Both the position numbers and the translations under genes were made by a program. A stretch of DNA of 64,000 bases from the NCBI GenBank assembly GCA_013239625.1, contig MU054323.1:12531694-12595693 (forward strand), written 5' to 3'. Source of the DNA: Lama guanicoe. Lineage: Eukaryota. Positions 11,127 to 24,530 of this stretch are shown one piece after another. The notes under the pieces are model-generated. The model was given only the letters and a program-made list of their open reading frames with translations, made no database searches and was not told where the DNA came from. How positions within the stretch are numbered: the first letter of the stretch is position 1; each line of letters opens with the position of its first letter.

Positions 11127-11527
11127 TATGGGCTGAATTGTGTTCCACCCAAATCCACATGTTGAAGCCCTAACCCCCCAGTACCTCAAAATGTGACTGT
11201 ACTTGGGGGGGCCTTTAAAGATGCAATTAAATTAAAATGAGGCCTTTAGGGTGGGCCCAAAAGCAATCTGCCTGGTGTCCTTTCAAGAGGAGTAGATTAG
11301 ACGCACAGAGACCCCAGAGATGCATGCCCCAAAGAGAGATCGTCCCGGGAGGACACAGGGAGAAGGCAGCCATCTGCAAGCCAAGGACAGCTGCAGAGGA
11401 GAAGCTACACCTGCCGCAACTTTGACCTTGGACTTCTGGCCTCCAGAACTGTGAGAAAATAACTTTCTGTTTTTTAAGCCACCCGGGCTGTGGTATTTTG
11501 TTATGGTAGCCTGAGCAGATGAACACA
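11127..11527 (+). mobile_element. MLT1-type MaLR LTR
   Basis: TATGGGCTGAATTGTGTTCC...GGACTTCTGGCCTCCAGAACTGTGAGAAAATAA...GGTATTTTGTTATGGTAGCC. Confidence 0.85.
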
Positions 11528-12173
11528 ATTAGTATTCTAGAAGTGCGCTGAGCTGTTAAAAGAACAGTGACAGGAGACAGGGTTCTGTCCTACTTGTGTA
11601 GACAGCTGCGTGACCTGCAGCAAGTCACTTGACTTCTTTCCACATTTGCCACCTCTCTACTCCAGAGTCATAAGGATTAACTGAAAGTCTGTAAAGACCC
11701 TAACAATAGGGTGAATGGCGGTTCCCTTCACTTCTCTGTCCAGATATCAGCCTTCTAGTAATTCAGGGGAGTGGATGGACTAAGCAGTGCCCCTAGGTCT
11801 TTTCAGGTCTGACCTTCTGCAGCTCTAACAATAGCCTCACAAACGAGAGTAGGATTCATTTCTATAAGGCCAAAAAGTATTTTCAGTCTTTTCCCTCTCT
11901 TTGTCTCACAGCAAGCACAAGTGCATCCCTTTGACTTAATGACTTAATGTGCATTCAAACATCAGTTCTGAAGAACCCGATGAAATCCCAGCAGACCAGA
12001 CTAACCACACCTAAAATTCTCCGTGAAAGCAAAGCCAGTCAGCCATGCAAAACCGCATTCTTCAGTGTTAAGGCTTTCATACCCCCGACACAAACTTTAA
12101 ATGAATGTAAATCCAAATTTTAATATTTGGTTCCAAAACCCACTAAAAATCCCATTCTTTCTCCCCACAGTAC

Positions 12174-12320
12174 CTGGCTGAGCAATCAAGTTGCCCTCTT
12201 CTTGGTGGATCAAACGACGTTTTTAAAATAAAGTTTCTTTTTATTGGCTTTCTGTTTCACAGCAAAGGCTGGTGTTCCTATAGATCTGAAGCCTTCCTGT
12301 TCTGTGGCATGAGACTGTAA
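12174..12320 (-). other. NLRC4: NLRC4 candidate proximal non-coding first exon (5' end approximate)
   Basis: Minus strand ...AAGAAGAGGGCAACTTGATTGCTCAGCCAG|gtac resembles the remembered human NLRC4 5'UTR; GT donor at 12173-12172. Confidence 0.6.
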
Positions 12321-12702
12321 GAGAAGGGCAAACACTGACAAGTTCTTTTTTCTTTTCTTTTTTTTTTTCTTCAAAGCATAGTAAGAATGGTTTGGACACA
12401 AGCAAGATGAGTGTAAGTACAAGTAGCCAGAGAAAGAAGTAAAACTTGAACTTGAAGATGCAGGAGCTGGAACTTCATATCAGGAAAGGAATTACTCATT
12501 TGTTTCCTGTTTATTCACAATATATGAATCCTCTTGCTGTTAGTTTATTTATTCTATAGCTTAAAATGAAAACAAAGCTTTTTGAACATTTAATTGTATT
12601 AATTTTAATAATTAACCGAGCAAGAGAGAGAAATGAAGTGAGCTGGTTTGGTCAGTTAAAGTTTATTGCTACTGTAGTCAAAGTCATGCTTACCATCCGT
12701 AC

Positions 12703-12960
12703 CTCGGATCCCAGGAGCATTCTTGCAAATGCAAACTCTCAGTCACCAGAGTCCCGGGCAAGATAAGCACAGAGCAAATGGACCGCCACCATCAGTCCAC
12801 CCCACTGAAGCTGCATGGGGCAGCCTCCTTACTCTGAAGAGTCACAGGCTCCCACCCGCACACACACATTCTGAGCTTGTGGTCACAAACTCCAGGAAGC
12901 CAGTTTACACTCAGCTCCCGAAATGGAGAAATCTCCTTGGCCCGTCTCTTGAGAAAGACA
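12703..12960 (-). other. NLRC4: NLRC4 candidate distal alternative non-coding first exon (5' end approximate)
   Basis: Minus strand ...GAGATTTCTCC...CTGAGTGTAAACTGGCTTCCTGGAG...CTGGGATCCGAG|gtac resembles the remembered alternative human first exon; GT donor at 12702-12701. Confidence 0.55.
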
Positions 12961-13417
12961 TGCTTGCGTACTCTTTCCCCATATTTACACAATCTACCAT
13001 GAACTTCTTATGTTATGTAACTTCTCACTTCAGACAGAGCACTCTGAAATTAACTCATCTGACATAGAGGGGTAGCTAAGTTTTGCCCTAAGTATATTTC
13101 TACATTCTGATTTTTCTATGGAGTAACAACATTTTCCAACTTGTGGGGTGGGCTTCTCTGAAGTGGGATCAGGGGCTGTGCTAGCAGCTGGATTTTTTAA
13201 AAATTTAATGAAACCTTTATGTAAATGTGTATTCATTGAGAAAAACTGTAGAGAGAGGCACCAAAATATTAACAATACTTATCTCTTGGGGGGCAATTTT
13301 AAGTTTTCTTCTTTTATCTGTATATTCTGATTTTCTATAACACCTATTACTTTATAATAACAAATGATGTTACAGGATACAGGATACAGGGATAGACAGG
13401 GAAAATGTAGAAATGTG

Positions 13418-13865
13418 TTGTGGTGGGCCACCCAAATATATCAGGTCTTAATCCCTGGAATCTATAAATGTTGTATCTGTAGATGTGTTTAAATTAAGGG
13501 TCTTGAGTTGTGGAGATAATCCTGGATTATCTGGGAAGCACAAAATGCAACCAAAAGTGTCCTTATAAAAGAGAGACAGAAGGAGATATGAAACAGATAG
13601 AAAAAGAGAAGACAATGTGACCATGGATGCAGAGATTGAGTGGCCGTGCGCCAGGGAATGCTGGTAGCCACCTGAAGCAAGAAGAGGCAAAAAATGGATT
13701 CTTCTCTAGAACCTCCAGAAAGAGTGTGGTCCTGCTAACTTGATTTCAGCCCAGTGATGCTGATGTTGGACATCTGGCCTCCAGAATGTGAGAGAATAAA
13801 TTTCTGTTGGTTTAAGCCATCCAGTGTATGGTATTTTGGTACAGCAGCCACAGAAGACTAATGCT
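13418..13865 (+). mobile_element. MLT1-type MaLR LTR
   Basis: GGAGATAATCCTGGATTATCTGGG...CTCTAGAACCTCCAGAAAGA...GAGAATAAATTTCTGTTG...ACAGCAGCCACAGAAGACTAA. Confidence 0.82.
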
Positions 13866-16320
13866 ATAGTATATTATGGTAAAATGAGCAAAATTATATC
13901 CACATTCATTCAAGTACATCCTCCATGTGGTCTCATCACATCATCAAAGGTCTTGACCCCCCTTTGCAAATGGATTTGCAGTCAGGCGTTATCAATGTAT
14001 TTAGAATGAATAATGTACTCTCTTGCCCTTTTGCTCTTCCTCCCAGTCTCTCCCCACCCTTTATTCTCCTGAGAGTGTGGCAGAATGGAATTGCCCAGGA
14101 TTCTGGAGCCAAAAGACCTGAGTTCAAGTGTGGGTTCCATCTTGCAACTAAAACAAGTCACTTAAGCTTCTTAGCAGTAAAATGGTGACTATCCAGCTTG
14201 CTCCAGGGTTGTTTGAACATTGTCTGAGCTACTATATCTAAATGTCCTACATGAGTGCTCTTCTGTGACTTCTGTGACTCTCAATTTAAGGGGGAAGGAG
14301 GGGAAAAGTCACAATAATTTTCTCCCTGGGGGCTTGTAACTCATAACTCTAATGATTGTTCTAGAATTTTGCTAGTCTTCTGCCCCTGACTCTCAGGGGA
14401 AGTTATTGGGTCAACCCATGTTTGGCAACTTTCTAATATGCCTTAATAAAGGAGGGTCAAACCTTCTCGACTGATTCTTTTAGGAAATAGGTATACATTA
14501 CATCTACTATTCTCAGCTTCATATATATATATATATGTATATATGTAATATAAAAATAAATTTTTAATTCCTCATCCTCACCCCTTACAATTGGCCTAAT
14601 AATTCAGACACAGTAATATAAAAGAGGCTCTAGTAGGATAAACTAAATATGGGAGGACAGAATATTGATTTTCAAGGGGACTGAAATCCTGTCCTAATAT
14701 TAACATTTGAAATAACTGGAAGTATTTGTCAGAGAGAAGGAAAAACTTCAAGAAAGTTTCCATAGCTGAGTTTAGATGTCTGCAGGCAATCTTTTTATTT
14801 GTTTTCCCCCTCTTTCCTTTCTGGGATGTATTCTAAGTTCTGCCTCTAACAGCAATAAAGAGGATCAGAATCCTCTTCTCAGCTCAGTTCCTCTGCTGGG
14901 ACTTCTTGCTGATGTATTCATCCTGAATGTTCTGTTTGGCTTGGGTGGTGTGTAAGTTCCATTTCTTGATGTGGATCCTACCTGCTTGCCTGATGTTGCT
15001 AGACTGCTAAGATGTGGCTCCTTCTTCCTCTTGCTCCATGTCAGCAGTTTATATCTGGACCTTTGCATGAGTGTTAACCACCTCTACCTGACATACTGGC
15101 TTTTTCTCTGCTTCTCCCCTCTCCTTCTGGAGGGCTGGGAATTTCAGACTTCCTGAATGCTACAAGAAAGCCTCTGGAAGCTAGGGAGGAGGGTCTTCCC
15201 CCTCCCAACAACTGATGCTCCAGATTTCTGGGTCAGTGGACTCAGGAGCATTGAGAAAGGTCTTGAGAGAAAAAAATGAGAGGGGCTTGGGTTAGTATCT
15301 GATTTTACACCACATTTTACTGAGGATAAGCCTGTATTAGCCTATTTATATTTTAAAAGTGAACATACTATTTTCTAGTTTTTAAAATGCTGATTCTGCA
15401 AAAGCATTTTTTGTATGTAATTAATGAGATAATTACCTCTACTTACTTAGTCATGCAATCTCCTATGTAGCTGTTCTCTTCCATGTAACTAACCTAAACT
15501 CCAAGTAAACTAAATGACTTGCAGTTTCCTAAGCCCATGAAACGATCTTTGGAATGTTATGGCTCAGGCTGCCAGCCTCCCACCCCTCTTTGGCCAAAAA
15601 TTTTTACTCATCCTTTAAATAGCAAGTTAATTGTTACCTCCTGTGGGGAAGTTTTCAATATATTTTTATAAATTAATGGCCATGCCTTTCCATTGCTCTC
15701 CTATGGATCTCCAAGTCTGTCTCACAATATACGCTCAACCCTGTGTCTCCAGATTGAAAGTCACATTTATGTAGCTTGGATAATAAATTTAAGTATATTT
15801 ATTTAAGCATTTAAAAACCTGGGTGGGTTTTTGAACTTTGCTAAGTTTACCAGCAATCTTCACCTTGTAGTGAAAGGAGCACTGGACTAGAGTTCAGGAG
15901 ATTTAGGCATAGTCCTATTCTGGTGCCTTCCTTGTCTTTTCTGGCCTCAGTGGCCTCCCTCATGAACGAATGTGGCTTGATTACAGCCCTAGTCTTTGGG
16001 TGGCAATTTACAGGTAATCTGCTTTTTAAAAATTATCCAGTCCAGTCCCCTTCATTTCACAGGAGAGGAAACTGAGGCTCAAAGGTGATATGTAACTTAG
16101 TCAAGATCCTATACAATTAAGAAATGACTAAGGGTAATGAAATCTTGGGATCCTCCACCAGGGCTGACCTCCAAAAACATCCCTAGTTCTAAAATTCTTT
16201 AACCCTCCAGTTAAGAAAAACGGAAGAAATAGATAAAGGGAAGCCAAAAGAGATGAGATTTAAAAGAAACAAAAACAGCCAAGACTGAGTGGGAAAGCCC
16301 GAGCTTTCCACGAATTACAA

Positions 16321-16430
16321 GTGAACTTCCTGTCCTGGGTAAACTTCCGGAATCAACGACAAGGAGAGCCAATCAGAACATTTCTCCGAGAGCCAATGGG
16401 AGAGCATATTACAAAGAGCCAATCCCAGTG
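16321..16430 (+). promoter_or_regulatory. YIPF4: YIPF4 TATA-less promoter: two ETS cores and three CCAAT boxes
   Basis: ACTTCCTG near 16325 and ACTTCCGG near 16343; CCAAT at 16369, 16393 and 16419, each inside AGAGCCAAT; immediately upstream of the CpG island. Confidence 0.7.
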
Positions 16431-16439
16431 GCGCTGTCA

Positions 16440-17050
<611 letters not shown>

Positions 17051-20000
17051 CCAAAATTTTATTTTTAAAGTGACTTGCTATTACTCAGAAGAGGGATGGT
17101 TAGTAGCTGGGAAAGGTATCAAAGAATGAGAACGAGGAAGGAGAGCTGTTTTGACCTGTTATTTAGATAACTTTTTGCTGAGATTAGATTCGGCGCTGGA
17201 AATACTAACTTCCCTCGTGGAGTTTGTGGTTTTTATTGAATCTGATATCTTGCCTGCGCCCTAGTTTTCCTCCTATTTTATGGTGTTTGACCTCAGTATT
17301 CAGAGAATTGGACGCAGGTATATTTGAAGTTTCTTGTAGTCCAGGGTGTTCCCAGTGGCTTCTGCAGATTTTCTTATACTGGTTCGAGGAAGCTTTTGTG
17401 CTGGAGAGATTTTTCTACAGCATAGGAGAATTTGTTTTCCTCTTCTCTCTTCCTTACCAGACTCTTTGTAACTGAAATCTTTCTCGGTTAGTCGTCTTCA
17501 GATTTTACTTTTGTTAGATCTTGTACACAACTAATTTTCCAATGACCAGACTTACTGCTCCATGTGAAAAAATACATTATACATCTCTATAGAAATTTTT
17601 ATTCTAAAGAAAGAACTAGTGTTTCCGCAGAAATCTAGTTTCCTAGTGCATCAGTTAATATAGCTTGCTTTCCCTTTTTGTTGTTTTCCTCGTTTTGCTT
17701 TTTGAGTGGCATTAGTTAAAAAAGTGCTGTAGTTTTGGTTATAATTTAAAATGTAAAATAAAATTTTTCTCATAGAGAACATAGCTGATACGGTTACACG
17801 TAATACGGAAATTTGGTGAAATACAGGAACCCAGCATGTTTTAATTTGTTTCATCTACATTTGGTAGCACAATGCTTGGGGAGGACTATCAACATTAATT
17901 TCCCAGACTTTAAGAAAAAATTGTCTGTCATTGAGTATCAGAACCTGATGTTTATTCAAACTCATGTATTTATATTTTTCATATCCTCCCTTACTCCAGG
18001 AATTACCTTTCTTAAATAAGCCTAAGAAATTTGACAATAATATAACAAGCTAATCCATTAACTCCACGTACCAAATCAAGAAACGTGGAATAAGTAAAAT
18101 CCATAAGGTTGATTCAGACTTCTCCATATTGCCTCCAGGGATATATAGACTCTCTGTATATCTAGGTATATATAGACAAGGATAGATATGTGTATAATGA
18201 TACCCTCATTATAACATTATACAGTTTAAATTTGCAGAGCATTTTAAGCAAAGACTTGTTTGATCTATATAAGAATCCTGCTGAGCTTTATTCCTATGTT
18301 TTATAATGGAACTGAGGTTTAGAGAAGTTCAGTAACTTCCACATAAAGGATCTAGAATTAAGAGCTACTGTTCTGTGATGCCTTTTTCTTATATTTTTAT
18401 AAATTGAATAGTGTATCTGAAATATAGAGTCTTGGATTTGCATCCTGGCTTTACCATTTACTATCTATGTCATGTTGGGCAAGTAACTTAATCTCTCTTA
18501 ACCTCAGTTTTCTTATATCCAAATGAGAAGAATAATACCCAAGTGCTCAAATATTTTGCACATGCAAAGCACTTAGTACATCTGGCAGAGTTAAGTGCCC
18601 AGTACTTGTTAGCAGTGCTGCTGCTGCTTGGGTTTCAGTATTAACTGGCCCCACAATTATTTTTTATTGTTTTCCAACATAAACATTTGAAAGCATGAAT
18701 ATTTTCAGCTTATAAATGTTTTCAGCGTATACCTTCCTTCTAGATTCTGTCTGTCTCTTTTTTAATGATACTTTTCCTTACTGTTTGTCCATACATACTT
18801 TTGTTCTAAAATTGCGTTCGTGTTTGTTTTTATATGTATGCATAGCCTGGTCCTCATGCTTAGAATACTTTTCTCCTCCTTACCCCAAGTTGAAACTTAA
18901 GACTGAACTCAAAGACTCCTTCCATGGTAAAACCTTGCTTAACTGTTCCTCGGAAACAGAAGCTTCCCCAATCTTTTCTATCCCAGCAACTACCACATAA
19001 CCCAGAATATAAACATCACAAAATAATTGTTTGTTGAAGGAATAAGTGATTTCTGCTTGCTTCTATCTCATACGACATTGATATTTGGGACTACAAAACT
19101 TAACACATTTTGGATTGTATAACTAAAAAATTATTGTATTTAGAGCCAGAAGACTTCAGTTAAAGTTCTGACTCTTACAGTAGCTATGTGATATTGGCCA
19201 AATTACATAGCTCCTATAAACTTCCATTTTGTCACCCATAAAATGAAAAGCGCACTTATAAGAATATTGCGAGAATTATTAAGATAATATGTATAAAAGC
19301 AAGGTCCATAAATACAAGTTAAAAGAACATAGACTATGTGGGAATACTCCAATAAATGAATAAATAAATGAAGTTGAAATCCATACTGAATATTTAAGTT
19401 GGTGGTACGAAACTGTATCCAAAAGCAGTAATGAAATGCATGTGTATAAATACAAGAATGTAATGATACTGTTATACATTAGTAAAGTGTAGTATAGAAG
19501 TCTTTAAGTTAATCATTTGATTTTATTTTGTATCACACAAATAAGTAATTCTTTGTCTGGTTTATGTCCACAGATGAGCATCATTGGCATTACCTGGGAG
19601 CTAGTAATGCAGAATCTGCCTTAATCATAATTTACATTGTAACAAGATCTTTCAGTGATTCATATGCACATTAAAGCTTGAGAAGCACTGATTTAGAATA
19701 TTATGAGAGATCAGAAGAGGAGGAACTTTTTAATAGCTGGAAGATTAGGGACAGTTTAATAGAGGTAGTATTTTGCCAAACTTTGAAGGATAGCTGATGT
19801 GTTGTATATGTAGGATGGAGGGAGTACTTCCATGTGCAAGGGACTGCATCTTGGTGCCCCTAACACCAAGAAGTGGCGTAATAAGAAAGGGATTTAACAC
19901 ATTCATTATACATAATAAATGCTATAAAAATATAGTTCAAAGGAGGAAGTGGTTAACTGTAGTAAGGGATCAAGGAAGTCTTCAGAGACAGATTAGGTAC

Positions 20001-21384
20001 ATTTTGTAAGGAAAAATAAGAGTTCTTCAGACTGAAGAGAGGGAAGAATATTCACTTAAGAACTATGCAAGTGCAGTAATTGGTGGAGGCAGTCCCTGTG
20101 TTTTATGCTTCTCAATCTTCACAGACCTAAAACAATGTGGATTTAGACCATGAGCTTCTTGGGTTTGGAAGCTGTGTTTTACTGCCTATCAGTGTCATAC
20201 CCGTTGCCTAGTATGGAGGCTGGTACATAGCAGGAACTTCATAAATGTTTCATGACTACATGATACTTTGTGATTAAGATAAAGATGTTGTGCTGCTAGA
20301 GCTGAAGCCAACACTAATTCAACAGAAATCCAGCAAGTAGTTGGAGAGGGCATGAACAGAAAGATGGTCTAAGTCACCCAATAGCCATTTTCCCATCCTC
20401 ATATTTTTCTACCTCTAAATATCTTTGTATCTATATTGAAGCATTCATCTTTCCTCCAAATCTTAAAGGAAAGATTTCTTTCTTCCTTTCTAAGGATAAG
20501 CCTCTACAAGTGCTTTTATTCCCTTATCTTCTTTCTTCCTTTGGAACCATCCTCTTTGTTTTTCTCGCTGGCATTTTTTATGTCTCCTCTGTTTCTTCCA
20601 TCTCTGCCATCACTCAGGTCCCTTCTTAATTGACAGAATTTTTAATTAAATCTACTACTTCCCTTTTTCCTTATTTTCACAGCTCAACTATCTCTGCTAT
20701 TTCCTATTTCTTCAGCATTCAGCAATCCTTACTGATCTGCTGGAACTTCACTTGCTTTCTATGATCCACAGAAGTATCTTCATCATTGTTTCCACAAAGG
20801 GAAGTTCCATGGCGACAAAAGTTTGGTAAATAATGTGTTAAGCAAGTTTCCTTAAAGCAGAATTCCCAGTATGCCAGTATTACTCGTGAAATTCCAAGTG
20901 GAATTTGTAGTATGCAGGATTTTCCAGATTTAGTGATATCAAAAGCTTTTTGTGGAGTGCATCTCATAGGATCCAGATACCACAGAACATGCGTAAAGAA
21001 ACACTTGCATACAAGATAAAGACAAGTTTAAAAAGATATATTTTTTTGGCCTGATATTTATGCTCTTAGCAATTTGTCCCAGCCTATCTCCTACAACTTT
21101 CGGAGAGGAACTCTGTGCCTTTCAGATGCCGTGGGCTTCCATGCCTTTGTCCCTGCCCTTTCTTTTCCCTGGAATTATTTCTTATTCCTTCTCTGCTCAT
21201 CCAGTTATCTCTCATGGCCAAATTCAGGTTGTACCTCCATATAGCCTTCTTGACTCCCTCTTTGATAGCTTAAACCTTTTTACTCCTATGGCATCTATGA
21301 TCTGTTGACAATAGGCACTGTTGTTTACCTACAGAAGAATGTGTTTTACAGTACTAATAGGGTTTGTATCATACCTCAGTTAGT

Positions 21385-21770
21385 TTTTTAAATTAAGATA
21401 TAATTCACATATCATAAACTTCACCTCTTTAAAGCATACAATTCAGTGGTTTTTAGTTTATTCACAAAGTTGCATGACCATTCCCAGTATGTAATCATAG
21501 AACATTTTCAGCACTCCCAAAGGAAACCCTGTACCCATTTGCAGTCACTCTCCATTCCCTCCCTCCCTTGCAGCCCCTGACAACCACTAATCTACTTTCT
21601 GTCTTTATAGGTTTGCCTGTTCTGGACATTTCATGTAAATGGGGTAACATAATATGTGCCTCGCCTCTTTAACTCAGCATAATGCTTTCAAAGTTCATCC
21701 ATGTTTCAGCATGAATCAGTAACTCATTCCATTTTCTGGCTGAATAATATTCCATTGTTTGGATATACTA
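21385..21770 (-). mobile_element. L1M 3' end fragment
   Basis: AGATATAATTCACATATCATAAA...CAACCACTAATCTACTTTCTGTCT...GGCTGAATAATATTCCATTG. Confidence 0.82.
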
Positions 21771-22289
21771 TCAATTGCATTTTAAACTCCTTGGAGTATC
21801 TCACTTCTTTATATTACTCTCAGAGCATTATAGCAATAAGTAATCTGTAGATACTTATTGGTGGATTAATTAACCAATGTTGAAAACGAGGAGGTACTAA
21901 AGTAAAAATGACTTAATGTTTGTGATACAGTTCCTCTTTCCACAGGCCAGAAACTTATCTCTAGTCCCTCTCTCACTTTCTCATATTCAGTTGGTCATCA
22001 CATTGTTTCAGAATAGTTTCAGAATAGCTATATAATTAATCTATTCTTCCCTCTCTACTGATGCTGCCTTAGTTCAAGTCCTTTCCATTTCTTATCTATT
22101 CTTTTTACTGTAGTCTCCTGACCATACTCCCCTCTCAAATCTCTCCCCACTTAAATCAGTCCTTCATAGTGCAGCTAAGATTATGCTTACAGAATACAAA
22201 TCTAATTTTGTATATTTGCTTTGTTAAAAGCCTCTAATGTCTCTTGATATAAGCACTGTAGTGCTAGTTGCCTTTCCATCAATTAATTC

Positions 22290-22970
22290 ACTCAATTAGC
22301 ACACATTTGTTGTTTGTTGCCTGTTATGGGCCAGGCACTATTATAAGTACTGGTGATATATGTGTAAAACAAAACTGCAACAAAGATACTTAGTTCCTGC
22401 CATCATAGAACTTATATGCATTAACCAAATAATCACACAAATATATTATTATAAAGTGATAAATGCTATGAAGGAAAAGTCCAGGGGATTATGAAAATAA
22501 CCAAATCCAATCAGAGAAATCATGGAAGATTTCCTTAAGTAAGTATATCTAAGAACTGAAGAATGGGTGGCATTTAACTGAAGTTAGGAGAGACAGCCTG
22601 GTACAAAGTCCCTGAGATTAAAGGGATCCTGGTTCATTCAAAGAACTGAAAGGCTTAATGTGGCTAGAGCACTGAGTCAGAGTCAGGAGGAGGGCAGAAA
22701 ATTGCTCTGGAGAAGTAGATAGGGCATGTAGAGATTGTCACATTGAGCTGAAAAACTAGTGGGACGATTTTAAACAGGAGAGAGAAAGATTTGCATTAAA
22801 AAAAGATTCTTCTGGCTATAGTTAAGAGAATGGACTAGAAGGAGACAAGAATGACTAGAGAGAGCAGTTAGAAGACCATTATAGTCTTGCAGGCAGGAGA
22901 TGATAGTTTGAATTAACTTGGTGATGGTGGTAGAAATGGAGAAAAGTGGTAGGTTCAAGAAGTATTTAGA
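22290..22970 (-). mobile_element. L2 fragment (continues at ~23740-23960 after an L1 insertion)
   Basis: GGGCCAGGCACTATT...CCTGCCATCATAGAACTTAT...AAGATTCTTCTGGCTATAG...CAGGCAGGAGATGATAG motifs. Confidence 0.6.
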
Positions 22971-22975
22971 GATAA

Positions 22976-23722
22976 CCACAAACAATAAATGCTGGAGAGG
23001 GTATAGAGAAAAGGGAACCTCCCTACACTGTTGGTGGGTGTAGCCATCATGGAAAACAGTATGGAGATTCCTCAAAAGACTAAAAATGGGCTTACCATGA
23101 TCCAGCAATCCTACTCCTGGGCATAAATCTGGAGGGAACTCTAATTTGAAAAGATTCATGTACCCCAGTGTTCATGCAGCAGCACTGTATACAATAGCCA
23201 AGACATGGAAGCAACCTAAATGTGCATGGACAGATGACTGGGTAAAGAAGTTGCAATATATTTACACAATGGAATGCTACTAAGCCATAAGAAAGAGCAA
23301 GATAATGCCACATAGATGTACCTGGTGATTGTCATTCTAAGTGAAGTAAGCCAGAAAGAGAAAGAAAAATACCATATGATATCACTCATATGTGGAATCT
23401 AAAAAAAGAAAAAAAGACAGTAATGAACTCATCTACAAAACACAAACAGACTTGCAGACATAGTAAACACTCATGTTTTTTGAGAGGAAAGGGGGTGGGA
23501 AGGGATAAATTTGGGAGTTTGAGATATGCATATATTAACTACCATGTATAAAAATAGATAAAAAGCCAAATTTCTTCTATACAGCACAGGAAACTATATT
23601 CAGTATCTTATAACAACCTTTAATGAAAGAGAATATGAAATCGAATATATGTGTGTGTATGTATGGGATATTATGCTGTACACCAGGAATTGACACATTT
23701 TAACTATACTTCAATTTAAAAA
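22976..23722 (+). mobile_element. Lineage-type L1 3' end (5'-truncated)
   Basis: ACAATAAATGCTGGAGAGGG...GGAACCTCCCTACACTGTTGGTGGG...AGCACAGGAAACTATATTCAGTATCTT...TACTTCAAT plus A tail. Confidence 0.88.
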
Positions 23723-24014
23723 AATTAAGATATAAAAGCAACAAAATTTAGTGGTGAATTGAATGTTGTGGGAGCATGTGAGTGAAGGAAATTGTCGAGG
23801 AGAATCTGGTTTACAATGCTGAATGGATAGTGATCCCACTCACTGAAATAAGAAACTGGAGGAAGACCTTATATATCAAGAATTCAGTTTGGAATACTGA
23901 GTTGGAGATGCTTTTGAAATAGCTGTAAAGAAATGTTAAGCTGACAATTGATTGTATGAATCTCCAGAAAAGGACTGGCTCAATATAGTGCTTCCTCAGT
24001 CTTTTTACCCCTTG

Positions 24015-24530
24015 TTAATAGTCTGAATGTTTGTTCCCCCAAAATTCATAGGTTGAAATCCTAATGCCCACTGATGGTATTAGGAGATGGGGGCCTTTGG
24101 GAGATACTTGGGTCAGGAGGATGGGGCTGTCATGAATGAGGTTAGTGCTCTTATGAAAAAGACTTCACAGAACTCCCGACCTCCTTCTGTCATGTGAGGA
24201 CACAAGGACAAGTCTGCAAGTTGGAAGAGGACCCTTACCTGACCACGCTGACACCCTAACCTTAGACTTCCAGCCTCCAAAACTGTGAAAAACAGTTTTT
24301 TTTTTTAATTTCATTTTTTTTAGTAGCTAAGTCATATTCCTGTATATATACAACATCTCCTGGGGTTTTTTGAATGGAGGTACTGGGGATTGAACCCAGG
24401 ACCTTGTGCATGCTAAGCATGCGCTCTGCCACTGAGCTAGACCCACCCCCTGAGAAACAAATGTGTGTTGTTTATTAGCCACCCACCCAGTTTATGGTGT
24501 TTTGTTACAGCAGCCTGAAAAGACTGATAC
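24015..24530 (+). mobile_element. MLT1A-like MaLR LTR interrupted by a SINE
   Basis: CTGAATGTTTGTTCCCCCAAAATTCATAGGTTGAAATCCTAA...GACTTCCAGCCTCCAAAACTGTGA | SINE | ...TTTGTTACAGCAGCCTGAA. Confidence 0.8.
24296..24450 (-). mobile_element. Vic-1-like SINE with an atypical L1-like tail
   Basis: tRNA-like head at 24372-24450; imperfect TSD TGAAAAACAG / TGAGAAACAA. Confidence 0.8.

Noticed and set aside
22770..23313. Minus-strand ORFs of 129 and 73 aa
   Set aside because: Antisense readings of L1/L2 sequence.
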